Positions 59,504-64,000 of a stretch of 64,000 bases of DNA are shown here, piece by piece. A program made the position numbers and the translations under genes. The stretch comes from Squalus acanthias (taxonomy: Eukaryota). Every line of letters starts with the position of its first letter. The first letter of the stretch is position 1. Below the pieces are notes generated by a model. That model was not told the origin of the DNA. It worked only from the letters and a program-made list of their open reading frames with translations, and made no database searches. The stretch spans positions 57,786,001 to 57,850,000 of the forward strand of contig CM059438.1 of assembly GCA_030390025.1 (NCBI GenBank), written 5' to 3'.

Positions 59504-62363
59504 TGTATAATACTTTAATGTTGTCTATATTATATACCAGTTTCTGCCCACTAACTCATTCTGTAGGTCCCTGACTTCCTCCTCAGGTTAGTAACTTCTA
59601 CAAATTTGACGAGCTTGTACTGAGTTTCGGAATCTAAGTCATAATTAAAAACAGTAGGAGTGATAACACTGATCTATGGACCACTCCATTCAGCAGTTTG
59701 TCACACCCTGACATTATTCTCATATCAAGTATTTGTTGCTTCTTCTATGAAGTAATTATTCATTAGGTTATTATTTATTAGATTATAATATAATTTATTA
59801 GGTTACTATCATACAGGCATCCCTAAGTGTGAGACTCATGAGTCTGTAGTTTCCTGAGTTTGTTTTGCCACCTTTTTAAAAATGAGTGCTATGTTGGCCT
59901 GCTTCCAGTCTAGCGACATCTCTAATTGTTTCCGGAGCACTCCTACAAAATGTTATCAACAATGATAAGAGTGTCTTAAAAAGCATAGTTTCTATGATGC
60001 CACCCTCAACGTAACTTAGATTGTCAAATTGAAATTTTCAAAATAGTTTTTGTCATGTTCCATTGGGGAAGATCATCAAACAATATGTAATTAAATGAAT
60101 ACATCACACCCTAATTATACACACAGTACACAGAGAAATGACTGCACTTTATACTGTAGTAAAACACTCAGTACTAGAAATGTATACATTATATGGTCAG
60201 ATTAGCCATTTTGGCAATCCTTTGGTGATTCACTTAGCCTATTTACCTACAAAGCCTTGACACAACTGAGCCACGGCCTAATCGGATGCAGATTTATATG
60301 TTGAACTTCCAAACAGATTGAATACATGGTCACGTCTTTGTTATTTACACTAACCTAGAATCATTTATGTTGACAGGTACATCATATGCCTCCAAACAGT
60401 TCTTTTCATTACGCCTATTTCGAACAGGAGACCTATATTCCGAAGCAGAGTGAAACAATAAGGGAATAAAATAGAGAAAATCATTTTGTATTTTTTGATT
60501 ACAAACCTATTAAGTATGACTGTTTTAGGAATCAGTTTTTATGATATTATGCACTTACCTGAGGTACCTTAGCAGTCTGGAGCCCTTTCCTGGAAACCTG
60601 CTCTACACAAAAATCTCCACCCACAAACCTGGACTGCTCCACAGGAATGATTAAATAGGAACACGGTCACAATCTAACAAGGAATCTCTTCCTTTTGACA
60701 GGGCTGTTATAGCTCCACACAGAACAACAACCCAGTTCAGTGAAACCCTGTGAACACAGAATGCTGGAAATATCTCTAGCTTGTCTGAACCTGAAGGATG
60801 CTAAGTTTGACTGACCCCCAAAACATTGGTTCTCAACTGCTTCAATGTGTGACTGTATTCACATGTAGGTACTGTGTAACAAACTGGATAACAACTTCAC
60901 AAAATGTAAGGATTTTTTGAATTAAAAAAATGTAAAAAATATATTCTGAGATACTCATAAGTAAAATATGTTCTACAAACACACCTAAAATCATAGACAC
61001 ATTTGCAATAACAAAATTGTGAAATACGTTGCTTATACAATGAGACTCTAATGTCCAGTGATCTATCAACCAATCTCATATTTTTGAGTATGGCAGGCTT
61101 GCATTTTCGTTGTATGGGGATCTCATATTTTTGGTGGGGGGGGGGGTCTCACATTTTTGTGTATGACAATCTTGCATTCTGACTGACTCAAAAGCATTTT
61201 ATCATATGCAGCCCACTCACTGGTTTTGGTACATAAATCTGGCTACCTGCTCCAAAAGGTTGGACACACCTGGCTTACAACATGCTGGAAAAAAACAGTA
61301 TGGCTATTAATCCACACGGAGTGACTATGTGCTAAAGGAAACTACTAAATGTGCAGAGGGAATTCTGAAGTGAAAAGCACTGTGAATGCCAACACAAGAA
61401 TTTTTTTGAATTCACATTCGGCATTGGAAGCTGAACTGCACTCCTGGTAAAGAAACATCAGCACTCCATTTTTCCTGTTGAGAACTCAAAGTTCATTAGT
61501 TAGAGTTACTAAAAGTTTTGGATTCCCCATTCCCTTCAAAGGGCTCAAAACCTGAAACAGCAAAGATATCTTTACTGTATTCTAATTTCATTAAAAGAAA
61601 TGTGAAACATGGCAATGAGTCTTCCATCAAACTCAGCCCAAACACTCAAGAGATGAAAGTAAAGTGTTGTGATAGCAAAGCTATTTCTACTATAACTATG
61701 AAGGGCTCTAATTCCCTCTGTGCACTGACTGGTCATTATTTGGAAGTTATTTTTTTAACTCCTATTATCATAGTGCACATGAAATAGCAACCAATCACTT
61801 TTTGCACATTCATCAGCCAAGGATGCATTGGTAATAATGTGCAGTTAATGAGAACACAGCTCCAAGAATGCACCTGAGTCCTTGTTAACGACTTAACTAG
61901 ACATGTCTGTACCAGTGATAATGCATAGTGGGTCAATCCAAATGCACAGTCTGTGTGGGTTTATGCACGAACAGAGGAGGCACGGCAAGCCAGGAAATTC
62001 CACTACACAAACAAGGCCCTGCAGCCAGCAGCCAGCCACCGCCCACCCCCACCCAATAAGCAATGTCTACGTGCAAGACTGTCTAGGCTCCCTCAACAGC
62101 TGCAGAGGTGGAGCAGCCTGCAGCCAGGCCCAAACTAACAGAGTCATGAGCCTTGAGTCTTATTGAAGATTGTTCTCTGTAAGGAGAGCATATGCATTGC
62201 ATAAATGGTTATCATGTAGCGAGTATTTTTGGCTGCAACACCTTGTGTATGGCCTTATGCATCGTTGCACTGAATACAAAGTATCTTGGAAGCTGTAGTT
62301 GTAATAGCTGACTGCGTAAATTGACATTGAAAGGTTTCTGTTTGCATAATGATGGGCAGTCAT

Positions 62364-63193
62364 GGGGGAAATATTAGGTATCGCCCATTTTGGGGCGCTA
62401 ATATCGGCCGGGCGCAAAGTTTAGCGCTCGGCGCTAATTATCGCCTCCGACTGCAAAATTCGCCTCTATCGCCCCTGGAGGTGATTTGAGCGCTACATTA
62501 AGCGCTATACACCTCTCTTAAGGCACTAACGTCGGGGAGCGAGGCGCTACCTCAGAACGCTACCGAAGCTCAGGCGATTTCAGTTACCATGGAAGCCAGA
62601 CAGACTGGCACCGTCCCTTTCTTGAAGGGGAGGGGCTATCTTGCTGGCCAGCCACTTCCTGCTCATTGCAGCCTTGAATCTCAGCTTGGAGAGACCTCAA
62701 AAGCAATTGTGTTGGAACCACTAATGGATAGGCCCAGGGAAAGAACTCCGCGCTTAGGAACCTCCAAAGTAATGCTAAGGACCAAAACTCCTTAGGACAG
62801 GATTAAATCTCTCCAGACGTCTCTCTCCCTGTGTACCAAAAGTTTTGCTGACAAGAAAAAGCAGGAAGCGCACGCCCTTACATAGCACTCCCCCAGCCCC
62901 TTCCCGACTTGAAAACGTTCCCCTCTACCTGTCGTTCCTAGTGGCAGGCGCTAAGGCAGAGGGCACGACTCAATTTCCGGTCCGGGATGCTATCAGGGCG
63001 TTGCACGCTCGACTGACGTTACGATCTGTGGGCACAGGAGATCGTGGCGCTGATGTTCAGCACCGCCGCAAAACGACTGGTCAATTTCGCAAGCGGTGCT
63101 AAAATCGCCGCGCTCGGGCACTAAGTTCCTAGCGCCCCGTTAGCGCCCCCCGGAGATGCTAACGGGAGGCGCTAACCAACTGAATTTTTACCC
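62364..63193. mobile_element. CpG-rich non-autonomous Harbinger-like MITE
   Basis: Ends GGGGGAAATATT / GAATTTTTACCC; 3-bp TSD CAT; repeated GCGCTA/TAGCGC near both ends. Confidence 0.75.
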
Positions 63194-64000
63194 CATCGAT
63201 TTTTCACCTGAGTCTTTCTATGTCTTCCTTTTTTTTAGCCAGTTCAAATAGTTGTAAATAATCTTGATTAGCTCCTTTGCTATTTTTGCAATTCCAAAAA
63301 GTTACTGAATCAATTTAGGTTAATTCTCTTTCTTGAAAAAATATTTAAGCAAAGAAGCCTGACATCTGCTTTGCACTTAGATACCCATTTTTAGCACCCT
63401 TAGGTAATTCACATTTATCCTTAATTCAGCTTTGCACTTTTCTTCAGGTCTGACACCTTCTGGATATCCTTCCAAGTGTGAGAGATGGATGAGACTGTCC
63501 ATGCAACTGCAGCCCACAAATACTGTATCCTCTGCCCCCAAAAAGAACACTTTTTCAGGCATCATATCCTAAACTATATAATGTATGGCTTTTTCTGTCA
63601 AGCCCTCCATTATCACACAAAATAGTGCAATTCACAGTTGGATTGGCCTACTGTGCATTATATATACCAGTTAAGTAATTGTTCAGCTAGTTATAGAATG
63701 CCTCAGCAACATTATTACAGGTACATTCTGATTGGGTCTTCAGTTGAGTGTATTGCACCAAATCTCACTGAAAGCATAACGTTATAAATATATGAGAATG
63801 CAATAAAAAATAAATAAAACTCCCATCTAATTCATTCTCTGTGCACTAAAGATAATTTAATTCCCTAAGAGAATCAGATAGATTAATGGTCATGTCTTTA
63901 CCACTTACACTGGCCTGTCATCCTGCATGCACCTGTCAATTACATATCTCTGTCTGTAGTTCTCTTGATCTGGCCAAATTTGATTGCGAATCCTACATTT

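Larger units (their letters stand above)
58190..59930 (-). mobile_element. Old, highly decayed CR1 LINE hosting a Penelope insertion
   Basis: MQGRAMRLITSIRGLSYDERLEKIGLF; TACTGTGTACAGTTCTGGTC motif on the minus strand. Confidence 0.7.

Noticed and set aside
60823..61273. hAT/Charlie-like element (CATTGGTTCTCAAC ... GTTGGACACACCTG)
   Set aside because: The ends resemble hAT TIRs but match each other poorly and no 8-bp TSD is seen; too weak to call.
63377..63565. 62-aa ORF as a host exon
   Set aside because: No recognisable homology and no convincing splice donor.

Overview
Eukaryotic, transposon-saturated intronic or intergenic DNA. It is most likely from a cartilaginous fish (inferred from the CR1/L2/DeuSINE/Penelope/Harbinger repeat spectrum). 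No host protein-coding exon could be identified. Two elements look intact and young: a 2.5-kb Tigger/pogo DNA transposon (4177-6704; TIRs, TA TSD, DD32D transposase) and a 4.5-kb Ty3/Gypsy LTR retrotransposon (25843-30352; apparently identical 215-bp LTRs, GTCCT TSD, single 1313-aa ORF). The rest is nested, decayed material: many CR1 LINEs (two near full length with an esterase ORF1), a second CR1-group LINE family ('family B'), L2 tails, DeuSINE-type SINEs, PIF/Harbinger elements with a spliced Myb/SANT gene plus MITEs, Penelope remnants with hammerhead-like motifs, an L1/Tx1-type ORF1 remnant and a retrovirus-like provirus with a tRNA-Leu PBS. Two observations stand out. (1) Family B carries a tRNA-like Pol III promoter head fused to an endonuclease-RT ORF with no ORF1, and its sense strand lacks TTTT, suggesting a Pol III-transcribed protein-coding LINE. 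(2) The Gypsy element has no tRNA PBS. Instead, a perfect 13-nt complement to its own LTR sits at the PBS position (candidate self-priming), and its RT motif is YLDN. All calls are by eye; no searches were run.
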